Shown here: piece by piece, positions 10,768 to 20,510 of the stretch
Layout of the letters: the number at the start of each line of letters is the position of its first letter
How positions within the stretch are numbered: the stretch's first letter is position 1
Source of the DNA: Treponema sp.
Lineage (GTDB): Bacteria > Spirochaetota > Spirochaetia > Treponematales > Breznakiellaceae
Direction: 5' to 3'
Assembly: GCA_009785215.1 (NCBI GenBank)
Contig: WQWU01000002.1
Coordinates: 21,489-85,488 of the forward strand
Length of the DNA: 64,000 bases
Program-made: the position numbers and the translations under genes
Notes under the pieces: model-generated
Told to the model about the DNA's origin: nothing
The model's database searches: none
Seen by the model: the letters and a program-made list of their open reading frames with translations, nothing else

Positions 10768-11784
10768 TTAGTTTGGTACAAATTCCTTTTCACACTCAAG
10801 AAAAACATTTACAAGTTCCGGATCAAAATGAGTTCCGCTGCTGTTTTTTATTATTTCAACTGCTTCTGAATGCGCAAAAGCTTTTTTATACGGCCGTTCC
10901 GATACAAGCGCATCGTAAACATCGGCAAGCGCCATAATGCGCCCCTGAAGCGGTATATCTGTGCCTTTTAAACCATAAGGATAACCTGTTCCATCCCACT
11001 TTTCATGATGATAACCTGCAAATAATTTTGCATACTGAAGAAACGCTTTGTCGCCGGACTCGGCTATAATGCCATCTATGATCCGTTCCCCTTCGCCTGC
11101 ATGAGTTTTAATTATTTCGAATTCTTCCGGCGTTAATTTTTCGGGCTTGTTTAAGATTACGTCTGCTATGCTAATCTTTCCAATATCGTGCAAACGTGCA
11201 GATGCAACGGCAACATCACAATCCCACTGACCTATCTCATCAATATATATTCTGCGTTTTAACATTGTTTTTATTAATAGTTCGATATATGTTGTTGTCC
11301 GTTCAATATGACTGCCTGTCATCTTGTCGCGGTTTTCTACCATGTTTGCCAGTACAAAAACGATGCTGTTTTTTAATTTGTTTAAACTTTCTGTGCGCTC
11401 CCGGATGATATTTTCAATCTCCATATGGGTTTTTATGCGATTAAGCAAAACTGGTTTGGAAAATGGTTTTGAGATAAAATCGATGGCGCCTTTTTCGAAG
11501 CCAAGAGATTCGGTAGAAGTATCATTGCGGCTTGTTAAAAAAATGACAGGAATACTGTATAACTTATTGTTTGATTTTAACAGTTTTAGCGCCTCAAAAC
11601 CGTCCATTTCGGGCATCATAATATCCAGCAGAATTAAATCCGGAGTAATTTCTTCTAACAGTTCAAACATATTAGAAGCAGACGGCATTGTAAATACACG
11701 ATAATAATCAGATAAAGCCTTGTCTGCTGATAATAAATTAACATTATTGTCGTCAACTACAAAAATTGTTTTCAAATTATCCAT
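10768..11784 (-). CDS. response regulator with HD-GYP c-di-GMP phosphodiesterase domain (RpfG-like)
   Basis: REC (VDD, LDIMMP, KP), LHDIGK and HHEKWDGTGYP. Confidence 0.94.
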   Translation of the reverse strand: MDNLKTIFVVDDNNVNLLSADKALSDYYRVFTMPSASNMFELLEEITPDLILLDIMMPEMDGFEALKLLKSNNKLYSIPVIFLTSRNDTSTESLGFEKGAIDFISKPFSKPVLLNRIKTHMEIENIIRERTESLNKLKNSIVFVLANMVENRDKMTGSHIERTTTYIELLIKTMLKRRIYIDEIGQWDCDVAVASARLHDIGKISIADVILNKPEKLTPEEFEIIKTHAGEGERIIDGIIAESGDKAFLQYAKLFAGYHHEKWDGTGYPYGLKGTDIPLQGRIMALADVYDALVSERPYKKAFAHSEAVEIIKNSSGTHFDPELVNVFLECEKEFVPN

Positions 11785-11882
11785 ATCTTATCCTGCACAA
11801 CTAATTAAAAAAATACATAATTAGTATATTTATTCCATATATTGTAACACAGTATATGGAACTTAGATAGAGATTTTTTTAC

Positions 11883-12674
11883 TCACTTTGCGAGAAAAAC
11901 AGTTCCTTTTTGACTTCCGTTTGCCAGAGCTTCTATACAGCGGAATTTTCCGCCGTCTGTTAGAATTGTTGGTATGCCGTAAGACAATGCTAATTTGGCA
12001 GCATCCAGTTTTGTGGCTATTCCGCCGGTACCAAAGTTATTTGTAGTTCCAATAGTTATACTTTTACGGATTTCATCAATATCGTGTACTTCTTCTACAA
12101 GAACTGCCTGAGAAAATTCTTTTGGGTTATTGTTATATAATCCATCGACATCGCTGAAAAGTATTAAAAGATCGGCGCTCCACAAAATTGAAGAATGAGC
12201 TGCCAGTGTATCATTGTCGCCTATTTTTATTTCTTCTACAGAAACAGTGTCATTTTCGTTGATTACAGGAATAACCCCTTCATCCACCAGAGTAAAGAGA
12301 GTATTACGCATATTCAATGTTCTGTTTGTATCGTTAAAATCTTCGCGTGTTAAAAGAATCTGCGCAATCTGCAGGCCATATTGATTAAAAGAGCGCCGCC
12401 ATGCGCCCATTAGCTCTACTTGTCCGACTGCGCATAATGCCTGCCTATAATGTATATCCTTTTTGCGCGCCCATTTATCCATGGTAGAAAGTCCTGCTAC
12501 CTGTGCGCCGGAAGAAACAATGACAATCTGTTTGCCTTTTTTAATGAGCGCCGCAGATTGTTCAGCAAACTCCGCTAAAAATGCAGAGTTTATCTTTCCA
12601 TCCTTGCCAGCCAGGGTATTGGAACCTATTTTGAAAATTATCTTTCTTGCATCTTCCATTAATTGCGCTATCAT
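11883..12674 (-). CDS. proB: glutamate 5-kinase (short form, no PUA domain)
   Basis: KIGSN, VSSGA, INENDTV, GDNDTLAA and GTGGIATK motifs. Confidence 0.95.
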   Translation of the reverse strand: MIAQLMEDARKIIFKIGSNTLAGKDGKINSAFLAEFAEQSAALIKKGKQIVIVSSGAQVAGLSTMDKWARKKDIHYRQALCAVGQVELMGAWRRSFNQYGLQIAQILLTREDFNDTNRTLNMRNTLFTLVDEGVIPVINENDTVSVEEIKIGDNDTLAAHSSILWSADLLILFSDVDGLYNNNPKEFSQAVLVEEVHDIDEIRKSITIGTTNNFGTGGIATKLDAAKLALSYGIPTILTDGGKFRCIEALANGSQKGTVFLAK

Positions 12675-12680
12675 GCTGAT

Positions 12681-13970
12681 TTATGTCCTTGTTTGCCCAT
12701 TTCCTGTTATAAGGTACTTTATTGTTGTTAGCGCATCAAGACCCATAGGACCCCTAACATGGAATTTTTGGGTGCTTATCCCCAGTTCTGCGCCAAAACC
12801 AAACTGTCCGCCGTCTGTAAAACGCGTTGATGCATTTACATATACGCAAGCCGAGTCCACTCTGCTGCGGAAATTATCCGCTGATTTTAAATCATTGGTA
12901 AGAATTGCTTCTGAATGTTTTGTTCCATATTGATTGATGTGCGTTATTGCTTCATCACAGGAGTTAACTGTTTTTACAGCAAGAATATTGTCTAAAAACT
13001 CTGTTCCCCAGTCTTCTTCAACTGCGTCTTTTAAAACTAAATCCGGAATGGATGTTTTTGCGGCGGTAATAACAGCTTTGGATGCTGCATCACAGCGCAA
13101 TTCTGCTTTTCCTGCAATTTTTTCCGCCAGTTTGGGCAGAAATACATCAAGAACATCTTTATGCACCAATAGAGTTTCTGCAGAATTGCAAACTCCGGGT
13201 TTTTGAATCTTTGCGTTTAAAATAATTTCTATTGCATTGTTTATCTCTGTTTCCGTTCCCAGGTATGACGGCTCAACATAAATATGGCAGTTGCCTTCGC
13301 CGGTTTCTATAACAGGAACCCGCGCGTTTTCTACAACACGGCGGATTAAATCATGTCCGCCTCTCGGTAAAACAACATCGATATAATCGCGGGCTTTTAG
13401 TATTTCGTCAACTTCGTCTCTATTACCTGATTGCGCTAATGCAACTGCGTCCGCTATTCCGCCGCCGCTGTTTAAACCTGTTTTGATAATATTAACAAGT
13501 ATTTTGTTCGATTCCAGCGCTGATGAAGATCCGCGCAAAAGTATGGAACATCCTGCTTTATACGCAAGAGCGGCACAGTCTACCGTAACATTTGGACGCG
13601 ACTCATAAATAATTGCAGCCACGCCTATTGGTACTGTTACTTTTTCTATTTTTAAACCGTTTGAAATAGTCCAGCCTGCTTGAACCTTGCCTATTGGGTC
13701 TTCCTGTCTGATTACTACTTCTACACCTTCGATTATTCCGCTTATCCGCTTATCGTTAAGAAATAAACGATCTACAAGACTCTCTTTCATGCCGCTCTTG
13801 CGCACTTTTTCTACATCGCGTTCATTTGCTTCCAGTATTTTTTTTCTGTTTTTGTCTATTTCTGCAGCGGCGGCGGCAAGAGCTCTGTCTTTGGCAGCCC
13901 GGTTTTCTGCCGCCAGTTTTACCTGCGCCTGTTTTAGGGAAACAAAAATTGATCCAAGAGAGTCTGCCAT
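12681..13970 (-). CDS. proA: glutamate-5-semialdehyde dehydrogenase
   Basis: IIYESRPNVT, PRGG, CNSAETLLV and NASTRFTDG motifs. Start reassigned to MADSL at 13970, directly after the upstream gene. Confidence 0.95.
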   Translation of the reverse strand: MADSLGSIFVSLKQAQVKLAAENRAAKDRALAAAAAEIDKNRKKILEANERDVEKVRKSGMKESLVDRLFLNDKRISGIIEGVEVVIRQEDPIGKVQAGWTISNGLKIEKVTVPIGVAAIIYESRPNVTVDCAALAYKAGCSILLRGSSSALESNKILVNIIKTGLNSGGGIADAVALAQSGNRDEVDEILKARDYIDVVLPRGGHDLIRRVVENARVPVIETGEGNCHIYVEPSYLGTETEINNAIEIILNAKIQKPGVCNSAETLLVHKDVLDVFLPKLAEKIAGKAELRCDAASKAVITAAKTSIPDLVLKDAVEEDWGTEFLDNILAVKTVNSCDEAITHINQYGTKHSEAILTNDLKSADNFRSRVDSACVYVNASTRFTDGGQFGFGAELGISTQKFHVRGPMGLDALTTIKYLITGNGQTRT

Positions 13971-13971
13971 A

Positions 13972-14193
13972 TTATAGATTTTCTTCCTTTTTGGCTTCTG
14001 CACGATCTTTAATATCAGCAATGCCGATAAATACTGCTATTAATCCAAATAAAACAGCAATTACAGGAATACCGCCGCGAAGAAAAATAAGGACATCGTC
14101 TTTCCAGCCAAGTCCAAAACCAAAAATTTCCGGAGGTAAAACCGCAAAAACAGCGGCAATTATAATAATAAAACCAAGAATTAATGCTTTCAT
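13972..14193 (-). CDS. small membrane protein (2 TM)
   Basis: Two hydrophobic helices, charged tail, AGGAG RBS. Confidence 0.8.
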   Translation of the reverse strand: MKALILGFIIIIAAVFAVLPPEIFGFGLGWKDDVLIFLRGGIPVIAVLFGLIAVFIGIADIKDRAEAKKEENL

Positions 14194-14223
14194 TTTTTCT
14201 CCTTTTTCCTGAATTGGTAAAAA

Positions 14224-14526
14224 TTAAGTATTCCGGGATTGCTTATAAACCATAATTGCAAAAGCACAGATAAAAAAAGTCATCCTGATTGACGGCAGAA
14301 TAAAAGATATTAACGGAACCGACCCTATAACTAAAATTTCTCCGCCCGTTATGCCAAAATCATTAAGAACAGAATACACAGTTTCTATATATGCAACAAT
14401 TGTTCCGAAAATAACCAGCATCCAGGCCGCATCTCTTATTTTCGGCCATAATAAAATCGCAAGAAATGCCGCAACAGCGCCTAAAATGAGCTGACTGGAT
14501 ACAAAAATTGTTTGTCCTGCGTCCAT
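14224..14526 (-). CDS. membrane protein (3 TM), unknown function
   Basis: Hydrophobic 100-aa ORF, co-oriented with the proA-proB unit. Confidence 0.75.
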   Translation of the reverse strand: MDAGQTIFVSSQLILGAVAAFLAILLWPKIRDAAWMLVIFGTIVAYIETVYSVLNDFGITGGEILVIGSVPLISFILPSIRMTFFICAFAIMVYKQSRNT

Positions 14527-14546
14527 TATTCGATTATCTTTAATAT

Positions 14547-16220
14547 ATGAGAAAAGATCAAGCTATTGGAAGAGATATAGACAATTACGAATTTAATAAA
14601 GCTGCATTGGATGCTGCGCCTATCGGTGTTGTTATCTTTGATGAATCTATACAAATAATTGAATGTAACAATACTATTCTGAATTTGTTAAAGACAACAA
14701 AACAGCATTACGTTGATCATTTTTTTGATCTGGCTCCTGTATTTCAGCCGGACGGAGAAAATTCAAAAACAAAAGCATTCGAAGCTGTAAAACGTGCATT
14801 CAACGGAGAAAATCCTACATTTGAATGGACATATCTATCAAGCAAAGGAGAATTAATTCCATTCGAAATTACGCTGACACGTACAAAGTTTAAGGGAAAA
14901 TATGTAGGACTAGGTTATCAATATGATCTTAGGCATATCAGGCAGATGACAGAAGAAATTAAAAAGAAGAGCGAACTGTTACAGGAAGCAGTTACAAAAG
15001 CAACTGCCGCAAACAAGGCAAAAAGTGAATTTTTATCCAACATGAGCCACGAAATGCGCACACCCATGAATGCCATTATAAACATGACAGTTATTGCAAA
15101 AAAATCTTTGGATATAGAACGGAAAAATTATGCACTGGAAAAAATCGGCGAAGCTTCGACTCACTTGCTTGGTGTAATAAACGATATATTAGACATGTCA
15201 AAGATTGAAGCAAACAAGTTTGAACTGGTTCCCATCAAATTTTATTTTGAAAAAATGATAGAAAGCGCTGTAAATGTCATTAACTTCCGCGTAGAAGAGA
15301 AACAGCAGAAACTGATTGTTCAAATTGATAAAGAAATTCCAAAAATTTTATGGGGCGATGACCAGCGTATTTCCCAGATTATAACAAACCTTTTAAGCAA
15401 TGCAATAAAATTTACTCCGGAAAACGGTTCCATAAAACTTGGCGCACATTTGTTAAACGAAGATAAAGGCATTTGTACTATTCAAATTTCTGTTACCGAT
15501 TCAGGGATTGGCATTGATAAAGAGCATCAAAAACATTTGTTTCAGTCTTTTCAGCAGGCAGAGACAAGTACGGCGCGCAAATACGGCGGTACAGGTTTGG
15601 GTCTTTCCATTTCCAAAAACTTTGCAGAAATGATGGGCGGAGAAATTTGGGTGGAATCAAAATACGGCGAAGGTTCCACTTTTTCCTTTACTGTTAAAGT
15701 ACAGCATTGCCTGCGCGAATGTTTTGAAAATTCAGAAAAAAATGAAAAGAAAACCGAAGAAAAGAAAAATAATTTTGCAGGTCACAGAATTTTATTGGCA
15801 GAAGACATGGAAATTAACCGCGAAATAGTATTGATGCTTCTGGAATTTACAAATCTGGAAATTGACTGTGCAGAAAACGGACTGCAGGCAGTAGAGATGG
15901 TAATAGAAGAACCATCAAGATACGAAATGATTTTTATGGATGTTCATATGCCGGGAATGGACGGCTACGAAGCAACACGGCTGATACGCGCTTTTGAAGC
16001 AAAGGTTCAAGCCGGTTCGGTTACTGCCGCAGGAAAAACCCAAAGCGATAATAGGAATTTACCCAGGCGAATTCCTATTATCGCAATGACTGCAAATGTT
16101 TTTAAAGAAGATATAGTCCACTGCATCGAAGCTGGAATGGATGGTCATCTTGGCAAACCTTTGGATCTGGAAATGATTATGGAAAAATTGCGTTTTTATC
16201 TGGGAGATGAACAAAATTAA
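14547..16220 (+). CDS. cytoplasmic hybrid histidine kinase (PAS, HisKA, HATPase, REC)
   Basis: MSHEMRTPMN, SNAIKFT, DSGIG, GGTGLG, MDVHMP and IIAMTA motifs. Confidence 0.93.
   Translation: MRKDQAIGRDIDNYEFNKAALDAAPIGVVIFDESIQIIECNNTILNLLKTTKQHYVDHFFDLAPVFQPDGENSKTKAFEAVKRAFNGENPTFEWTYLSSKGELIPFEITLTRTKFKGKYVGLGYQYDLRHIRQMTEEIKKKSELLQEAVTKATAANKAKSEFLSNMSHEMRTPMNAIINMTVIAKKSLDIERKNYALEKIGEASTHLLGVINDILDMSKIEANKFELVPIKFYFEKMIESAVNVINFRVEEKQQKLIVQIDKEIPKILWGDDQRISQIITNLLSNAIKFTPENGSIKLGAHLLNEDKGICTIQISVTDSGIGIDKEHQKHLFQSFQQAETSTARKYGGTGLGLSISKNFAEMMGGEIWVESKYGEGSTFSFTVKVQHCLRECFENSEKNEKKTEEKKNNFAGHRILLAEDMEINREIVLMLLEFTNLEIDCAENGLQAVEMVIEEPSRYEMIFMDVHMPGMDGYEATRLIRAFEAKVQAGSVTAAGKTQSDNRNLPRRIPIIAMTANVFKEDIVHCIEAGMDGHLGKPLDLEMIMEKLRFYLGDEQN
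16045..16084. repeat. perfect 15-bp inverted repeat inside the receiver-domain coding sequence
   Basis: GCGATAATAGGAATT (16045-16059), 10-nt loop, AATTCCTATTATCGC (16070-16084). Confidence 0.85.
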
Positions 16221-16810
16221 ACTGCAAGTTCTTTAACTGCAAAAACAACCGTATGATTAAGTTCATCTAAATTTTTCCGCTTAAGAACAACAAGCTGAAA
16301 AATAGCAGATTCAATAAAACTGTAAAGATAATCATGCAGTGTTCTAATATTGCATTTTTTTAATTCTCCGGATTTAATGCCTTCTATCGCCATGGACGAT
16401 AATGTTCTGTGAAGCCTTACAGTTCTTCTGCGCACTCTGTCTTCGGGGTTAGCGTCGCTTTTTGATAAATGCAGAAGGTAATCAAGCACAACACATAAAA
16501 GCTGACGGTTTTGTTCCAGTTGTTTAATAACAGATAAAAGCACTTTGGTAATTTTTTCCACGCTGCTTAAAGAATCGTCGGAGCGTATTATATTTATTTT
16601 TTCTTCTACGCTAAGCAGAAGCTGCTTAATGCTGTAAGAAAATATTTCTTTTTTATTTTTAAAGTAAAGATATAGTATTGTTCTGGTTATTCCGCACTTA
16701 TCCGCTATTTTCTGAAATGTTGCGTTCTCGAATCCGTCATCCATAAAAACAGCAAGAGCTTTTTCCAGTATTTTTTGACGCCTTTTATCGTGTTCAACCG
16801 CAATTGCCAT
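16217..16810 (-). CDS. TetR/AcrR family transcriptional regulator
   Basis: N-terminal HTH (ATFQKIADKCGITRTILYLYFKNK). Confidence 0.9.
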   Translation of the reverse strand: MAIAVEHDKRRQKILEKALAVFMDDGFENATFQKIADKCGITRTILYLYFKNKKEIFSYSIKQLLLSVEEKINIIRSDDSLSSVEKITKVLLSVIKQLEQNRQLLCVVLDYLLHLSKSDANPEDRVRRRTVRLHRTLSSMAIEGIKSGELKKCNIRTLHDYLYSFIESAIFQLVVLKRKNLDELNHTVVFAVKELAV

Positions 16811-16827
16811 TTATTCTCCCTTGATTA

Positions 16828-18024
16828 TCAGAATACATCATATTCAAAGAAAAAGGAAGGAATTGCACCGCTGCTTATTTCGCGGCAGGAGTCTGCCTTT
16901 TTGCCGAAAAAACTTTCAAATCCGCTGTGGTCGGTTATTACTGCTAATTTCCAGCCGGAAAACCGGGAAGCGAGATTTGCCATTTCTTTGTATATCTCTT
17001 CTGCCGCAGGCTGTGAACCCAGCCGCTTGCCATAAGGAGGATTTGTAACCAAAAAGCCAGGATCAGAAAAAGGTGATTTAGCCTGCATCATGGGAAGAAC
17101 CTTAAAATCGATACCTGTTTCTTCGCTGTTTAAAGAACGAATTCCATGCTGAAGAGCGCGTCCTTCTGCAATATCACGCAGGCGTGCAGCATTTGAAGAT
17201 GCGATGGAAACAGATCGCAGATCTTCATCGCTTCCTGCAATCCGTACAAGACGGCTAAAATCAATTTTTGCGCGGAACTCTTCGCGGACTAACTTTTCTG
17301 TATCATTATCTGCAATTGATAAATCCTGAATGGCAAAATCTCTGCCAAGACCGGGAGCCATATCCCATGCATACATAGCCGCTTCTATTAAAATGGTGCC
17401 GGAGCCGCAAAAAGGATCATAAATAGGGAATTTTCGTTTCCAGCCGGATAAAAGTAAAAGCGAGGCAGCAGTTGTTTCTCTAAGAGGAGCTGCACCTCCT
17501 TCGCTCCGGTAACCTCTTTTAAATAACGGGTCGCCGCTTAAATCCAAAAGCAGGGAAACGATGTCTTTTTCTATATATACGCGGACTTCCGCTGTTTTTA
17601 CAGGCTGGTTAACTCCGGATTCTGGAAGACGGTTCATTTTATATTGATTACAAAGGCGCTGCGCGGCTGCTTTATGTACAATTGCCTGTATACTGGTTTC
17701 TGCTTTTAATAAGGATCGATTAGTGCGAACCTTTACAACTTTAAGTCCCATTCCCTCCGGCACAAACTGTTCCCACGGCGTATTGTTGGTTCCTTCAAAA
17801 AGAACATCAAAATCTGCCGCTTTAAAGCTGGCAGTTTCCAGCAGTACGCGATCCGCCGCGCGAAGACCTATCAATGCCTGATATAACTCTTTGATACCTG
17901 CATAAAACCGCACTTTGCCGTACAGGGAAGCATCAACTTTTATACCCATTTTGCGTAATTCGTTTGATACTACTTTTTCTGCGCCGACCGCGCATAACGC
18001 AACTGCGGTTTTGATATTATTCAT
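16828..18024 (-). CDS. THUMP-domain class I SAM-dependent RNA methyltransferase (RlmL/YpsC-like)
   Basis: LFKRGYR, APLRETTAA, DPFCGSGT and TNPPYG motifs. Start may be 18024 or 18033. Confidence 0.9.
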   Translation of the reverse strand: MNNIKTAVALCAVGAEKVVSNELRKMGIKVDASLYGKVRFYAGIKELYQALIGLRAADRVLLETASFKAADFDVLFEGTNNTPWEQFVPEGMGLKVVKVRTNRSLLKAETSIQAIVHKAAAQRLCNQYKMNRLPESGVNQPVKTAEVRVYIEKDIVSLLLDLSGDPLFKRGYRSEGGAAPLRETTAASLLLLSGWKRKFPIYDPFCGSGTILIEAAMYAWDMAPGLGRDFAIQDLSIADNDTEKLVREEFRAKIDFSRLVRIAGSDEDLRSVSIASSNAARLRDIAEGRALQHGIRSLNSEETGIDFKVLPMMQAKSPFSDPGFLVTNPPYGKRLGSQPAAEEIYKEMANLASRFSGWKLAVITDHSGFESFFGKKADSCREISSGAIPSFFFEYDVF

Positions 18025-18219
18025 TATTTTCATTTTAACACAGAGTAATGCAAAGAGTCTCGTACTTTTACCGGAATCTGCAAATTATCAGAATAATCCC
18101 AAAAAATCAAACTAATGATTTAAAGGATTCTATTATTTTATGAAAAACTGTCATACAACTCTGTCATGCAGCTATTAATAAGACGATAAGTAATTACACA
18201 TAACTTTTTTGGAGGAACA

Positions 18220-18819
18220 ATGACATACGGTTATATTAGAATCAGCACTGACAAGCAAACAATCGACAACCAGCAGTATGAAATTGAGCGGTTTTGTTCT
18301 ACAAATAATCTAAAAATCGAACAATGGATCAAAGAAACTATCAGCGGAACAAAATCACCAGAAAAAAGGCTTTTAGGCCCGCTTCTTGCAGAAGTAAAAG
18401 CAGGCGATTTAATCATTTGTTCGGAATTATCAAGGCTTGGCAGAAGCCTCTTTATGATTATGTCGATTCTTAATCATTTAATGCTGAGAGATGTACGAAT
18501 CTGGACAATAAAAGATAATTATAGATTAGGTGATAATATTCAATCAAAAGTTCTGGCATTTGCTTTTGGTTTATCGGCAGAAATTGAAAGAGAGCTTATT
18601 TCCCAAAGAACTAAAGAAGCTCTTGCGCGGAAAAGATCAGAAGGTATGGTACTAGGAAGACCCAGCGGAAAAAGAAATTCGCGTTTAAAGCTTTCCGGTC
18701 TTGAACAGGAAATAACCGGGCTTCTTGACAAACAAGTTTCAAAATCTGAAATAGGACGAATGTACGGGGTAAACAGAATGACAGTTGATTCTTTTTTAAA
18801 AGAAAGGAAGCTGCATTAA
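18220..18819 (+). CDS. serine recombinase (resolvase/invertase; resembles the Mpi master-invertase family)
   Basis: YGYIRIST catalytic Ser, SELSRLGRS, AEIERELISQRTKEAL, LGRP and C-terminal HTH. GGAGG RBS. Confidence 0.9.
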   Translation: MTYGYIRISTDKQTIDNQQYEIERFCSTNNLKIEQWIKETISGTKSPEKRLLGPLLAEVKAGDLIICSELSRLGRSLFMIMSILNHLMLRDVRIWTIKDNYRLGDNIQSKVLAFAFGLSAEIERELISQRTKEALARKRSEGMVLGRPSGKRNSRLKLSGLEQEITGLLDKQVSKSEIGRMYGVNRMTVDSFLKERKLH

Positions 18820-18835
18820 TGCAAGCTGCATTAAT
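18808..18835. repeat. 13-bp direct repeat spanning the recombinase stop codon
   Basis: AAGCTGCATTAAT at 18808-18820 and 18823-18835. Confidence 0.7.
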
Positions 18836-18877
18836 ACTATCTTCAAAACTCTTAATAAACCCATTATACTGATAGAT

Positions 18878-20503
18878 ATGACAACTCGTGAACATTTAAA
18901 TTTTTTAGCAGAAAATCAAATTATAATTCTTGACGGCGCTATGGGTTCTGTAATTCAGGTTTTAAATCTGGATGAAAATAGTTACCGGGGAAGTTTATTT
19001 AAAAACCATCCTGTTCCGCTGGCGGGCTGTAACGATCTTTTATGCCTTACAAGACCCGGTGCAATAGGCGCAATTCACGATACATATCTTGAAGCCGGAG
19101 CTGATATAATAGAAACTTGCAGTTTTAACTCGACATCAATCTCTCTTTCAGATTATGGTCTTGGGCATTTGTCATACGAAATCAGCGCTGCCGCCGCCGA
19201 AATTGCAAGAAAATCTGCAGACAAATTTTCTGGTTACGGGAAGCGCCGGTTTGTTGCAGGAAGCATTGGTCCAACTGCAAAAGGAGCAAGTCTTTACCCG
19301 GATATTAACAATCCCGGCATCCGGTCAATTACCTGGGATCAGCTTGAAACTTCATACTATGACAACGTTAGGGGATTACTTGACGGCGGCGCCGATATTC
19401 TGCTTGTAGAAACAGTTTTTGATACGTTAAACGCAAAAGCTGCGCTTCATGCAATTACGCGGCTGCTTGAAGAAAGGCAAATAGATATTCCCATTATTAT
19501 CTCTGCAACAGCAGCCGGAGATTCAGGCAGGCTTCTTTCCGGGCAGGCGCTGGAAGCTTTTTTGGTTTCTATTCTGCATGTAAATCCGTGGGCAGTAGGT
19601 TTGAACTGTTCATTTCATGCGCCGAAACTTTTACCTCATTTGCGGATTATTTCTGATATGGCTCCCTGCCTTGTTAGTTTTTATCCAAATGCAGGTGTTC
19701 CGAACAAGTACGGACGATATGACGAAACACCGGCGATAATGGCAAATAATATTGAACCTTTTTTTCAGGAAAACCTTGTAAATATAATCGGAGGCTGCTG
19801 CGGATCCTCGCCTGCCCACATTTCAGAGATAGCTAAAAAAGCGCAGAATTATCCGCCGCGCGATGCAAAAAAACAAAATAGCTATAATTTCTGGGGTGTT
19901 TTTTCGGGGCTTGAACCATACCGTATTCCGCACAATTCAATTCAGTTAAGAGACCCGGATATCTCCTTAAATGAATTTACCGAGGCGCTGGAAAAAGGCG
20001 AATACGAAGAAGCATCTGACATCGCGCGGGATATAATTGAATCCAGTTCATCGGTATTGAATATCGAAATTTTTGATACAAAAAAAATAAGCGAAGATGC
20101 GCTTAATTCATTTTTGGATTATGCGCTTATGAATCCTTATATTGCAAAAGCGCCCTTCTTTATAAACTGTCCGGAATTGTCATTTCTTAACACAGCTCTT
20201 AAACGCCTGCAGGGGCGATGTCTTGCAGGATGTATCAATTTAAAAGACGGCGATGAGGAATTCCTTGGTAAAATACGGCTTATCCGGAATTACGGCGCAG
20301 CGGCTGTTGTGCAGTTAATAGACGAACATGGAATAGCTGTCAGCAACGAGCGGAGAATCGAAATTGCAAAACGTATTTATCAGCTGCTTTTGGATAATAA
20401 TTATCCTGCAGATAATATAGTACTTGATCCTCTTGTATCGGACAAAGATCCTTTCTGTAAATGGATACAGGACAATTGCCCTGGTATCATTCTTGCGCTA
20501 TAA
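18878..20503 (+). CDS. homocysteine S-methyltransferase family protein (MetH N-terminal module plus degenerate pterin-binding domain)
   Basis: LDGAMGS, GLNC, PNAG and GGCCG Zn ligands. No cobalamin-binding or reactivation domain. Confidence 0.85.
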   Translation: MTTREHLNFLAENQIIILDGAMGSVIQVLNLDENSYRGSLFKNHPVPLAGCNDLLCLTRPGAIGAIHDTYLEAGADIIETCSFNSTSISLSDYGLGHLSYEISAAAAEIARKSADKFSGYGKRRFVAGSIGPTAKGASLYPDINNPGIRSITWDQLETSYYDNVRGLLDGGADILLVETVFDTLNAKAALHAITRLLEERQIDIPIIISATAAGDSGRLLSGQALEAFLVSILHVNPWAVGLNCSFHAPKLLPHLRIISDMAPCLVSFYPNAGVPNKYGRYDETPAIMANNIEPFFQENLVNIIGGCCGSSPAHISEIAKKAQNYPPRDAKKQNSYNFWGVFSGLEPYRIPHNSIQLRDPDISLNEFTEALEKGEYEEASDIARDIIESSSSVLNIEIFDTKKISEDALNSFLDYALMNPYIAKAPFFINCPELSFLNTALKRLQGRCLAGCINLKDGDEEFLGKIRLIRNYGAAAVVQLIDEHGIAVSNERRIEIAKRIYQLLLDNNYPADNIVLDPLVSDKDPFCKWIQDNCPGIILAL

Positions 20504-20510
20504 TATAACC

